64,000 nucleotides of DNA. Origin: Eledone cirrhosa. Taxonomy: Eukaryota. Shown here one piece after another: positions 25,980 through 38,800 of this stretch. Under the pieces are notes generated by a model. It made no database searches, was not told the origin of the DNA, and saw only the letters and a program-made list of their open reading frames with translations. Position 1 is the stretch's first letter, and each line of letters starts with the position of its first letter. The stretch covers positions 27,218,001 to 27,282,000 of the forward strand of contig OZ024744.1 of NCBI GenBank assembly GCA_964016885.1, written 5' to 3'. The translations under genes and the position numbers were made by a program.

Positions 25980-28900
25980 TTGGGCCAGGGAGACCAGACG
26001 TCTCCACTGCTACGGCTAGTCATCTCAGTGCATGTGGTGGTAAGAATGGAGGTAACCTTAGGGCCAAGGACACCAGAAGTCTCCACTGTTACGCCTAGGC
26101 ATCTCAGTGCATGTGGTGGTAAGAAGGAAGTAACCTTAGGGCCAGGGACACCAGAAGTCTCCACTGCTACGGCTAGGCATCTCAGTGCATGTGGTGGTAA
26201 GAAGGGAGGTAACCTTAGGGCCAGGGACAGCAGAAGTCTCCACTGTTACGGCTAGGCATATCAGTGCATGTGGTGGTAAGAAGGGAGTTAACCTTAGGGT
26301 CAAGGACACCAGAAGTCTCCACTGGCACGGCTAGGCATCTCAGTGCATGTGGTGGTAAGAAGGGAGGTAACCTTAGGGCCAAGGACACCAGAAGTCTCCA
26401 CTGTTACGTCTAGGCATGTCAGTGCATGTGATGGTAAGAAGGGAGGTAACCTTAGGGCCCGGGACACCAGAAGACTCCACTGTTATGGCTAGGCATGTCA
26501 GTGCATGTGGTGGTAAGAAGGGAGCTAACCTTAGGGCCAAAGACACCAGAAGTCTCCACTGTTACGGCTAGGCATGTCAGTGCATATGGTGGTAAGAAGG
26601 GAGGTAACCTTAGGGCCAAGGACACCAGAAGTCTCCACTGTTACGGCTAGGCATCTCAGTGCATGTGGTGGTAAGAAGGGAGGTAACCTTAGGGCCAGGG
26701 ACACCAGAAGTCTCCACTGTTACGGCTAGGCATCTCAGTGCATGTGGTGGTAAGAAGGGAGGTAACCTTAGGGACAGGCACACCAGAAGTCTCCACTGCT
26801 ACGGCTAGGCATCTCAGTGCATGTGGTGGTAAGAAGGGAGGTAACCTTAGGGCCAAGGACACCAGAAGTCTCCACTGTTACGGCTAGGCATGTCAGTGCA
26901 TGTGGTGGTAAGAAGGGAGGTAACCTTAGGGCCAAGGACACCAGAAGTCTCCACTGTTACGGCTAGGCATGTCAGTGCATGTGGTGGTAAGAAGGGAGGT
27001 AACCTTAGGGCCAAGGACACCAGAAGTCTCCACTGCTACGGCTAGGCATCTCAGTGCATGTGGTGGTAAGGAGGGAGGTAACCTTAGGGCCAAGGACACC
27101 AGAAGTCTCCACTGTTACGGCTAGGCATGTCAGGGCATGTGGTGGTAAGAAGGGAGGTAACCTTAGGGCCAGGGACAGCAGAAGTCTCCACTGCTACGGC
27201 TAGGCATCTCAGTGCATGTGGTGGTAAGAAGGGAGGTAACCTTAGGGCCAGGGACACCAGAAGTCTACACTGTTACGGCTAGGCATATCAGTGCATGTGG
27301 TGTAAGAAGGGAGGTAACCTTAGGGCCAGGGACAGCAGAAGTCTCCACTGCTACGGCTAGGCATGTCAGTGCATGTGGTGGTAAGAAGGGAGGTAACCTT
27401 AGGGCTAGGGACACCAGAAGTCTCCACTGTTACGGCTAGGCATCTCAGTGCATGTGGTGGAAAGAAGGGAGGTAACCTTAGGGCCAGGGACACCAGAAGT
27501 CTCCACTGTTACGGCTAGGCATCTCAGTGCATGTGGTGGTAAGAAGGGAGGTAACCTTAGGGCCAGGGACACCAGAAGACTCCACTGTTACGGCTAGGCA
27601 TCTCAGTGCATGTGGTGGTAAAGAGGGAGGTAACCTTAGGGCCAGGGACACCAGACGTCTCCACTGCTACGGCTAGGCATCTCAGTGCATGTGGTGGTAA
27701 GAAGGGAGGTAACATTAGGGCCAAGGACACCAGAAGTCTCCACTGTTACGCCTAGGCATCTCAGTGCATGTGGTGGTAAGAAGGAAGTAACCTTAGGGCC
27801 AGGGACACCAGAAGTCTCCACTGCTACGGCTAGGCATCTCAGTGCATGTGGTGGTAAGAAGGGAGGTAACCTTAGGGCCAGGGACAGCAGAAGTCTCCTC
27901 TGTTACGGCTAGGCATATCAGTGCATGTGGTGGTAAGAAGGGAGTTAACCTTAGGGCCAAGGACACCAGAAGTCTCCACTGGCACGGCTAGGCATCTCAG
28001 TGCATGTGGTGGTAAGAAGGGAGGTAACCTTAGGGCCAAGGACACCAGAAGTCTCCACTGTTACGTCTAGGCATGTCAGTGCATGTGATGGTAAGAAGGG
28101 AGGTAACCTTAGGGCCCGGGACACCAGAAGACTCCACTGTTATGGCTAGGCATGTCAGTGCATGTGGTGGTAAGAAGGGAGCTAACCTTAGGGCCAAAGA
28201 CACCAGAAGTCTCCACTGTTACGGCTAGGCATGTCAGTGCATATGGTGGTAAGAAGGGAGGTAACCTTAGGGCCAAGGACACCAGAAGTCTCCACTGTTA
28301 CGGCTAGGCATGTCAGTGCATGTGGTGGTAAGAAGGGAGGTAACCTTAGGGCCAGGGACACCAGAAGTCTCCACTGCTACGGCTAGGCATCTCAGTGCAT
28401 GTGGTGGTAAGAAGGGAGGTAACCTTAGGGCCAGGGACACCAGAAGTCTCCACTGTTACGGCTAGGCATCTCAGTGCATGTGGTGGTAAGAAGGGAGGTA
28501 ACCTTAGGGACAGGCACACCAGAAGTCTCCACTGCTACGGCTAGGCATCTCAGTGCGTGTGGTGGTAAGAAGGGAGGTAACCTTAGGGCCAAGGACACCA
28601 GAAGTCTCCACTGTTACGGCTAGGCATGTCAGTGCATGTGGTGGTAAGAAGGGAGGTAACCTTAGGGCCAAGGACACCAGAAGTCTCCACTGTTACGGCT
28701 AGGCATGTCAGTGCATGTGGTGGTAAGAAGGGAGGTAACCTTAGAGCCAAGGACACCAGAAGTCTCCACTGCTACGGCTAGGCATCTCAGTGCATGTGGT
28801 GGTAAGGAGGGAGGTAACCTTAGGGCCAAGGACACCAGAAGTCTCCACTGTTACGGCTAGGCATGTCAGTGCATGTGGTGGTAAGAAGGGAGGTAACCTT

Positions 28901-29200
28901 AGGGCCAGGGACAGCAGAAGTCTCCACTGCTACGGCTAGGCATCTCAGTGCATGTGGTGGTAAGAAGGGAGGTAACCTTAGGGCCAGGGACACCAGAAGT
29001 CTACACTGTTACGGCCAGGCATATCAGTGCATGTGGTGTAAGAAGGGAGGTAACCTTAGGGCCAGGGACAGCAGAAGTCTCCACTGCTACGGCTAGGCAT
29101 GTCAGTGCATGTGGTGGTAAGAAGGGAGGTAACCTTAGGGCCAGGGACACCAGAAGTCTCCACTGTTACGTCTAGGCATCTCAGTGCATGTGGTGGTAAG
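25980..29200 (+). repeat. Tandem duplication of a 21-22-monomer block (offset 1657, rising to 1736)
   Basis: GTGATGG at ~26428/28085 and TTATGGCT at ~26484/28141 give an offset of 1657. The TGGTGTAAG deletion ORFs at 27212/28948 give 1736, so the second copy has one extra monomer. Confidence 0.85.
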
Positions 29201-29899
29201 AAGGGAGGTAACCTTAGGGCCAGGGACACCAGAAGTCTCCACTGTTACGGCTAGGCATGTCAGTGCATGTGGTGGTAAGAAGGGAGCTAACCTTAGGGCG
29301 AAAGACACCAGAAGTCTCCACTGTTACGGCTAGGCATGTCAGTGCATGTGGTGGTAAGAAGGGAGGTAACCTTAGGGCCAAGGACACCAGAAGACTCCAC
29401 TGTTACGGCTAGGCATGTCAGTGCATGTGGTGGTAAGAAGGGAGCTAACCTTAGGGCCAAAGACACCAGAAGTCTCCACTGTTACGGCTAGGCATGTCAG
29501 TGCATGTGGTGGTAAGAAGGGAGGTAACCTTAGGGCCAAGGACACCAGAAGTCTCCACTGTTACGGCTAGGTATCTCAGTGCATGTGGTGGTAAGAAGGG
29601 AGGTAACCTTAGGGCCAGGGACACCAGAAGTCTCCACTGCTACGGCTAGGCATCTCAGTGCATGTGGTGGTAAGAAGGAAGTAACCTTAGGGCCAGGGAC
29701 ACCATAAGTCTCCACTGTTACGGCTAGGCATCTCAGTGCATGTGGTGGTAAGGAGGGAGGTAACCTTAGGGCCAGGCACACCAGAAGTCTCCACTGTTAC
29801 GGCTAGGCATTTCAGTGCATGTGGTGGTAAGAAGGGAAGTAACCTTAGGGCCAGGGACACCAGAAGTCTCCAATGTTACGGCTAGGCATCTCAGTGCAT

Positions 29900-32800
29900 G
29901 TGGTGGTAAGAAGGGAGGTAAACTTAGGGCCAAGGCCACCAGAAGTCTCCACTGTTACGGCTAGGCATCTCAGTGAATGTGTTGGTAAGAAGGGAGGTAA
30001 CCTTAGGGACAGGGACACCAGAAGACTCCACTGCTACGGCTAGGCATCTCAGTGCATGTGGTGGTAAGAAGGGAGGTAACCTTAGGTCCAGGGACACCAG
30101 AAGTTTCCACTGCTACGGCTAGGCATCTCAGTTCATGTGGTGGTAAGAAGGGAGGTAACCTTAGGGCCAATGACACCAGAAGTCTCCACTGTTACGGCTA
30201 GGCATGTCAGTGCATGTGGTGGTAAGAAGGGAGGTAACCTTAGGGCCAGGGACACCAGAAGTCTCCACTGTTACGGCTAGGCATCTCACTTCATGTGGTG
30301 GTAAGAAGGGAGGTAACCTTAGGGCCAAGGACACCAGAAGTCTCCACTGCTACGGCTAGGCATCTCAGTGCATGTGGTGGTAAGAAGGGAGGTAACCTTA
30401 GGGCCAAGGACACCAGAAGTCACCACTGCTACGACTAGGCATCTCAGTGCATGTGGTGGTAAGAAGGGAGGTAACCTTAGGTCCAGGGACACCAGATGTC
30501 TCCACTGCTACGGCTAGGCATCTCAGTGCATGTGGTGGTAAGAAGGGAGGTAACCTTAGGTCCAGGGACACCAGAAGTTTCCACTGCTACGGCTAGGCAT
30601 CTCAGTTCATGTGGTGGTAAGAAGGGAGGTAACCTTAGGGCCAAGGACACCAGAAGTCTCCACTGTTACGGCTAGGCATCTCAGTGCATGTGGTGGTAAG
30701 AAGGGAGGTAACCTTAGGGTCAAGGACACCAGAAGTCTCCACTGCTACGGCTAGGCATATCAGTGCATGTGGTGGTAAGAAGGGAGGTAACCTTTGAGCC
30801 AGGGACACCAGAAGACTCCACTGTTACGGCTAGGCATCTCAGTGCATGTGGTGGTAAGAAGGGAGGTAACCTTAGGGCCAGGGACACCAGAAGTCTCCAC
30901 TGTTACGGCTAGGCATCTCACTTCATGTGGTGGTAAGAAGGGAGGTAACCTTAGGGCCAAGGACACCAGAAGTATCCACTGCTACGGCTAGGCATCTCAG
31001 TGCATGTGGTGGTAAGAAGGGAGGTAACCTTAGGGCCAAGGACACCAGAAGTCTCCACTGTTACGGCGAGGCATCTCACTTCATGTTGTGGTAAGAAGGG
31101 AGGTAACCTTAGGGCCAAGGACACCAGAAGACTACACTGTTACGGCTAGGCATATCAGTGCATGTGGTGGTAAGAAGGGAGGTAACCTTTGAGCCAGGGA
31201 CACCAGAAGACTCCACTGTTACGGCTAGGCATGTCAGTGCATGTGGTGGTAAGAAGGGAGGTAACCTTAGGGCCAGGGACACCAGAAGTCTCCACTGTTA
31301 CGGCTAGGCATCTCACTTCATGTGGTGGTAAGAAGGGAGGTAACCTTAGGGCCAAGGACACCAGAAGTCTCCACTGTTACGGCTAGGCATGTCAGTGCAT
31401 GTGGTGGTAAGAAGGGAGGGAACCTTAGGTCCAGGGACACCAGAAGTTTCCACTGCTACGGCTAGGCATCTCAGTTCATGTGGTGGTAAGAAGGGAGGTA
31501 ACCTTAGGTCCAAGGACCCCAGAAGTCTCCACTGTTACGGCTAGGCATCTCAGTGCATGTGGTGGTAAGAAGGGAGGTAACCTTAGGTCCAAGGACCCCA
31601 GAAGTCTCCACTGTTACGGCTAGGCATGTCAGTGCATGTGGTGGTAAGAAGGGAGGTAACCTTAGAGCCAGGGACACCAGAAGTCTCCACTGCTACGGCT
31701 AGGCATCTCAGTGCATGTGGTGGTAAGAAGGGAGGTAACCTTAGGGCCAGGGACACCAGAAGTCTCCACTGTTACGGCTAGGCATCTCAGTGCATGTGGT
31801 GGTAAGCAGGGAGATAACCTTAGGGCCAAGGACACCAGAAGTCTCCACTGTTACGGCTAGGCATCTCAGTGCATGTGGTGGTAAGAATGGAGGTAACCTT
31901 AGGGCCAGGGACACCAGAAGTCTCCACTGTTACGGCTAGGCATCTCAGTGCATGTGGTGGTAAGAAGGAAGTAACCTTAGGGCCAGGGACACCAGAAGTC
32001 TCCACTGCTACGGCTAGGCATGTCAGTGCATGTGGTGGTAAATTTGAGGTAACCTTAGGTCCAGGGATACCAGAAGTCTCCACTGCTACGGCTAGGCATC
32101 TCAGTTCATATGGTGGTAAGAAGGGAGGTAACCTTAGGGCCAAGGACACCAGAAGTCTCCACTGCTACGGCTAGGCATCTCAGTGCATGTGGTGGTAAGA
32201 AGGGAGGTAACCTTAGGGCCAGGGACAGCAGAAGTCTCCACTGCTACGGCTAGGCATCTCAGTGCATGTGGTGTTAAGAAGGGAGGTAACCTTAGGGCCA
32301 ATGACACCAGAAGTCTCCACTGTTACGGCTAGGCATGTCAGTGCATGTGGTGGTAAGAAGGGAGGTAACCTTAGGGCCAGGAACACCAGAAGTCTCCACT
32401 GTTACGGCTAGGCATCTCACTTCATGTGGTGGTAAGAAGGGAGGTAACCTTAGGGCCAAGGACACCAGAAGTCTCCACTGCTACGGCTAGGCATCTCAGT
32501 GCATGTGGTGGTAAGAAGGGAGGTAACCTTAGGGCCAAGGACACCAGAAGTCACCACTGCTACGACTAGGCATCTCAGTGCATGTGGTGGTAAGAAGGGA
32601 GGTAACCATAGGTCCAGGGACACCAGAAGTCTCCACTGCTACGGCTAGGCATCTCAGTCCATGTGGTGGTAAGAAGGGAGGTAACCTTAGGTCCAGGGAC
32701 ACCAGAAGTTTCCACTGCTACGGCTAGGCATCTCAGTTCATGTGGTGGTAAGAAGGGAGGTAACCTTAGGGCCAAGGACACCAGAAGTCTCCACTGTTAC

Positions 32801-35800
32801 GGCTAGGCATCTCAGTGCATGTGGTGGTAAGAAGGGAGGTAACCTTAGGGTCAAGGACACCAGAAGTCTCCACTGCTACGGCTAGGCATCTCAGTGCATG
32901 TGGTGGTAAGAAGGGAGGTAACCTTAGGGCCAGGGACACCAGAAGTCTCCACTGCTACGGCTAGGCATCTCAGTGCATGTGGTGGTAAGAAGGGAGGTAA
33001 CCTTAGGGTCAAGGACACCAGAAGTCTCCACTGCTACGGCTAGGCATATCAGTGCATGTGGTGGTAAGAAGGGAGGTAACCTTTGAGCCAGGGACACCAG
33101 AAGACTCCACTGTTACGGCTAGGCATCTCAGTGCATGTGGTGGTAAGAAGGGAGGTAACCTTAGGGCCAGGGACACCAGAAGTCTACACTGTTACGGCTA
33201 GGCATATCAGTGCATGTGGTGGTAAGAAGGGAGGTAACATTTGAGCCAGGGACACCAGAAGACTCCACTGTTACGGCTAGGCATATCAGTGCATGAGGTG
33301 GTAAGAAGGGAGGTAACCTTAGGGCCAGGGACACCAGAAGTCTACACTGTTACGGCTAGGCATATCAGTGCATGTGGTGGTAAGAAGGGAGGTAACCTTT
33401 GAGCCAGGGACACCAGAAGACTCCACTGTTACGGCTAGGCATCTCAGTGCATGTGGTGGTAAGAAGGGAGGTAACCTTAGGGCCAAGGACACCAGAAGTC
33501 TCCGCTGTTACGGCTAGGCATCTCACTTCATGTGGTGGTAAGAAGGGAGGTAACCTTAGGGCCAAGGACACCAGAAGTATCCACTGCTACGGCTAGGCAT
33601 CTCAGTGCATGTGGTGGTAAGAAGGGAGGTAACCTTAGGGCCAAGGACACCAGAAGTGTCCACTGCTACGGCTAGGCATGTCAGTCCATGTGGTCGTAAG
33701 AAGGGAGGGAACCTTAGGGCCAGGGACACCAGAAGTCTCCACTGTTACGGCTAGGCATCTCACTTCATGTGGTGGTAAGAAGGGAGGTAACCTTAGGGCC
33801 AAGGACACCAGAAGTCTCCACTGCTACGGCTAGGCATCTCAGTGCATGTGGTGGTAAGAAGGGAGGTAACCTTAGGGCCAAGGACACCAGAAGTCACCAC
33901 TGCTACGACTAGGTATCTCAGTGCATGTGGTGGTAAGAAGGGAGGTAACCTTAGGTCCAGGGACACCAGAAGTCTCCACTGCTACGGCTAGGCATCTCAG
34001 TGCATGTGGTGGTAAGAAGGGAGGTAACCTTAGGTCCAGGGACACCAGAAGTTTCCACTGCTACGGCTAGGCATCTCAGTTCATGTGGTGGTAAGAAGGG
34101 AGGTAACCTTAGGGCCAAGGACACCAGAAGTCTCCACTGTTACGGCTAGGCATCTCAGTGCATGTGGTGGTAAGAAGGGAGGTAACCTTAGGGTCAAGGA
34201 CACCAGAAGTCTCCACTGCTACGGCTAGGCATCTCAGTGCATGTGGTGGTAAGAAGGAAGGTAACCCTAGGGCCAGGGACACCAGAATTCTCCACTGCTA
34301 CGGCTAGGCATCTCAGTGCATGTGGTGGTAAGAAGGGAGGTAACCTTAGGGCCAAGGACACCAGAAGTCTCCACTGTTACGGCTAGGCATCTCAGTGCAT
34401 GTGGTGGTAAGAAGGGAGGTAACCTTAGGGCCAAGGACATCAGAAGTCTCCACTGTTACGGCTAGGCATATCAGTGCATGTGGTGGTAAGAAGGGAGGTA
34501 ACCTTTGAGCCAGGGACACCAGAAGACTCCACTGTTACGGCTAGGCATCTCAGTGCATGTGGTGGTAAGAAGGGAGGTAACCTTAGGGCCAGGGACACCA
34601 GAAGTCTACACTATTACGGCTAGGCATATCAGTGCATGTGGTGGTAAGAAGGGAGGTAACCTTTGAGCCAGGGACACCAGAAGACTCCACTGTTACGGCT
34701 AGGCATGTCAGTGCATGTGGTGGTAAGAAGGGAGGTAACCTTAGGGCCAGGGACACCAGAAGTCTCCACTGTTACGGCTAGGCATCTCACTTCATGTGGT
34801 GGTAAGAAGGGAGGTAACCTTAGGGCCAAGGACACCAGAAGTCTCCACTGTTACGGCTAGGCATGTCAGTGCATGTGGTGGTAAGAAGGGAGGGAACCTT
34901 AGGTCCAGGGACACCAGAAGTTTCCACTGCTACGGCTAGGCATCTCAGTTCATGTGGTGGTAAGAAGGGAGGTAACCTTAGGGCCAATGACACCAGAAGT
35001 CTCCACTGTTACGGCTAGGCATGTCAGTGCATGTGGTGGTAAGAAGGGAGGTAACCTTAGGGCCAGGGACACCAGAAGTCTCCACTGTTACGGCTAGGCA
35101 TCTCACTTCATGTGGTGGTAAGAAGGGAGGTAACCTTAGGGCCAAGGACACCAGAAGTCTCCACTGCTACGGCTAGGCATCTCAGTGCATGTGGTGGTAA
35201 GAAGGGAGGTAACCTTAGGGCCAAGGACACCAGAAGTCACCACTGCTACGACTAGGCATCTCAGTGCATGTGGTGGTAAGAAGGGAGGTAACCTTAGGTC
35301 CAGGGACACCAGAAGTCTCCACTGCTACGGCTAGGCATCTCAGTGCATGTGGTGGTAAGAAGGGAGGTAACCTTAGGTCCAGGGACACCAGAAGTTTCCA
35401 CTGCTACGGCTAGGCATCTCAGTTCATGTGGTGGTAAGAAGGGAGGTAACCTTAGGGCCAAGGACACCAGAAGTCTCCACTGCTACGGCTAGGCATCTCA
35501 GTGCATGTGGTGGTAAGAAGGGAGGTAACCTTAGGGCCAGGGACACCAGAAGTCTCCACTGTTACGGCTAGGCATCTCAGTGCATGTGGTGGTAAGGAGG
35601 GAGATAACCTTAGGGCCAAGGACACCAGAAGTCTCCACTGTTACGGCTAGGCATCTCAGTGCATGTGGTGGTAAGAATGGAGGTAACCTTAGGGCCAGGG
35701 ACACCAGAAGTCTCCACTGTTACGGCTAGGCATCTCAGTGCATGTGGTGGTAAGAAGGAAGTAACCTTAGGGCCAGGGACACCAGAAGTCTCCACTGCTA

Positions 35801-38800
35801 CGGCTAGGCATGTCAGTGCATGTGGTGGTAAGAAGGGAGGTAACCTTAGGTCCAGGGATACCAGAAGTCTCCACTGCTACGGCTAGGCATCTCAGTTCAT
35901 ATGGTGGTAAGAAGGGAGGTAACCTTAGGGCCAAGGACACCAGAAGTCTCCACTGCTACGGCTAGGCATCTCAGTGCATGTGGTGTTAAGAAGGGAGGTA
36001 ACCTTAGGGCCAGGGACAGCAGAAGTCTCCACTGCTACGGCTAGGCATCTCAGTGCATGTGGTGTTAAGAAGGGAGGTAACCTTAGGGCCAATGACACCA
36101 GAAGTCTCCACTGTTACGGCTAGGCATGTCAGTGCATGTGGTGGTAAGAAGGGAGGTAACCTTAGGGCCAGGGACACCAGAAGTCTCCACTGTTACGGCT
36201 AGGCATCTCACTTCATGTGGTGGTAAGAAGGGAGGTAACCTTAGGGCCAAGGACACCAGAAGTCTCCACTGCTACGGCTAGGCATCTCAGTGCATGTGGT
36301 GGTAAGAAGGGAGGTAACCTTAGGGCCAAGGACACCAGAAGTCACCACTGCTACGACTAGGCATCTCAGTGCATGTGGTGGTAAGAAGGGAGGTAACCTT
36401 AGGTCCAGGGACACCAGAAGTCTCCACTGCTACGGCTAGGCATCTCAGTGCATGTGGTGGTAAGAAGGGAGGTAACCTTAGGTCCAGGGACACCAGAAGT
36501 TTCCACTGCTACGGCTAGGCATCTCAGTTCATGTGGTGGTAAGAAGGGAGGTAACCTTAGGGCCAAGGACACCAGAAGTCTCCACTGTTACGGCTAGGCA
36601 TCTCAGTGCATGTGGTGGTAAGAAGGGAGGTAACCTTAGGGTCAAGGACACCAGAAGTCTCCACTGCTACGGCTAGGCATCTCAGTGCATGTGGTGGTAA
36701 GAAGGGAGGTAACCTTAGGGCCAGGGACACCAGAAGTCTCCACTGCTACGGCTAGGCATCTCAGTGCATGTGGTGGTAAGAAGGGAGGTAACCTTAGGGT
36801 CAAGGACACCAGAAGTCTCCACTGCTACGGCTAGGCATATCAGTGCATGTGGTGGTAAGAAGGGAGGTAACCTTTGAGCCAGGGACACCAGAAGACTCCA
36901 CTGTTACGGCTAGGCATCTCAGTGCATGTGGTGGTAAGAAGGGAGGTAACCTTAGGGCCAGGGACACCAGAAGTCTACACTGTTACGGCTAGGCATATCA
37001 GTGCATGTGGTGGTAAGAAGGGAGGTAACATTTGAGCCAGGGACACCAGAAGACTCCACTGTTACGGCTAGGCATATCAGTGCATGAGGTGGTAAGAAGG
37101 GAGGTAACCTTAGGGCCAGGGACACCAGAAGTCTACACTGTTACGGCTAGGCATATCAGTGCATGTGGTTTTAAGAAGGGAGGTAACCTTTGAGCCAGGG
37201 ACACCAGAAGACTCCACTGTTACGGCTAGGCATCTCAGTGCATGTGGTGGTAAGAAGGGAGGTAACCTTAGGGCCAAGGACACCAGAAGTCTCCACTGTT
37301 ACGGCTAGGCATCTCACTTCATGTGGTGGTAAGAAGGGAGGTAACCTTAGGGCCAAGGACACCAGAAGTATCTACTGCTACGGCTAGGCATCTCAGTGCA
37401 TGTGGTGGTAAGAAGGGAGGTAACCTTAGGGCCAAGGACACCAGAAGTGTCCACTGCTACGGCTAGGCATGTCAGTCCATGTGGTGGTAAGAAGGGAGGT
37501 AACCTTAGGGCCAATGACACCAGAAGTCTCCACTGTTACGGCTAGGCATGTCAGTGCATGTGGTGGTAAGAAGGGAGGTAACCTTAGGGCCAAGGACACC
37601 AGAAGTCTCCACTGCTACGGCTAGGCATCTCAGTGCATGTGGTGGTAAGAAGGGAGGTAACCTTAGGGCCAAGGACACCAGAAGTCACCACTGCTACGAC
37701 TAGGCATCTCAGTGCATGTGGTGGTAAGAAGGGAGGTAACCTTAGGTCCAGGGACACCAGAAGTCTCCACTACTACGGCTAGGCATCTCAGTGCATGTGG
37801 TGGTAAGAAGGGAGGTAACCTTAGGTCCAGGGACACCAGAAGTTTCCACTGCTACGGCTAGGCATCTCAGTTCATGTGGTGGTAAGAAGAGAGGTAACCT
37901 TAGGGCCAAGGACACCAGAAGTCTCCACTGCTACGGCTAGGCATCTCAGTGCATGTGGTGGTAAGAAGGGAGGTAACCTTAGGGCCAGGGACACCAGAAG
38001 TCTCCACTGTTACGGCTAGGCATCTCAGTGCATGTGGTGGTAAGGAGGGAGATAACCTTAGGGCCAAGGACACCAGAAGTCTCCACTGTTACGGCTAGGC
38101 ATCTCAGTGCATGTGGTGGTAAGAATGGAGGTAACCTTAGGGCCAGGGACACCAGAAGTCTCCACTGTTACGGCTAGGCATCTCAGTGAATGTGGTGGTA
38201 AGAAGGAAGTAACCTTAGGGCCAGGGACACCAGAAGTCTCCACTGCTACGGCTAGGCATGTCAGTGCATGTGGTGGTAAGAAGGGAGGTAACCTTAGGTC
38301 CAGGGATACCAGAAGTCTCCACTGCTACGGCTAGGCATCTCAGTTCATATGGTGGTAAGAAGGGAGGTAACCTTAGGGCCAAGGACACCAGAAGTCTCCA
38401 CTGCTACGGCTAGGCATCTCAGTGCATGTGGTGGTAAGAAGGGAGGTAACCTTAGGGCCAGGGACAGCAGAAGTCTCCACTGCTACGGCTAGGCATCTCA
38501 GTGCATGTGGTGTTAAGAAGGGAGGTAACCTTAGGGCCAATGACACCAGAAGTCTCCACTGTTACGGCTAGGCATGTCAGTGCATGTGGTGGTAAGAAGG
38601 GAGGTAACCTTAGGGCCAGGGACACCAGAAGTCTCCACTGTTACGGCTAGGCATCTCACTTCATGTGGTGGTAAGAAGGGAGGTAACCTTAGGGCCAAGG
38701 ACACCAGAAGTCTCCACTGCTACGGCTAGGCATCTCAGTGCATGTGGTGGTAAGAAGGGAGGTAACCTTAGGGCCAAGGACACCAGAAGTCACCACTGCT

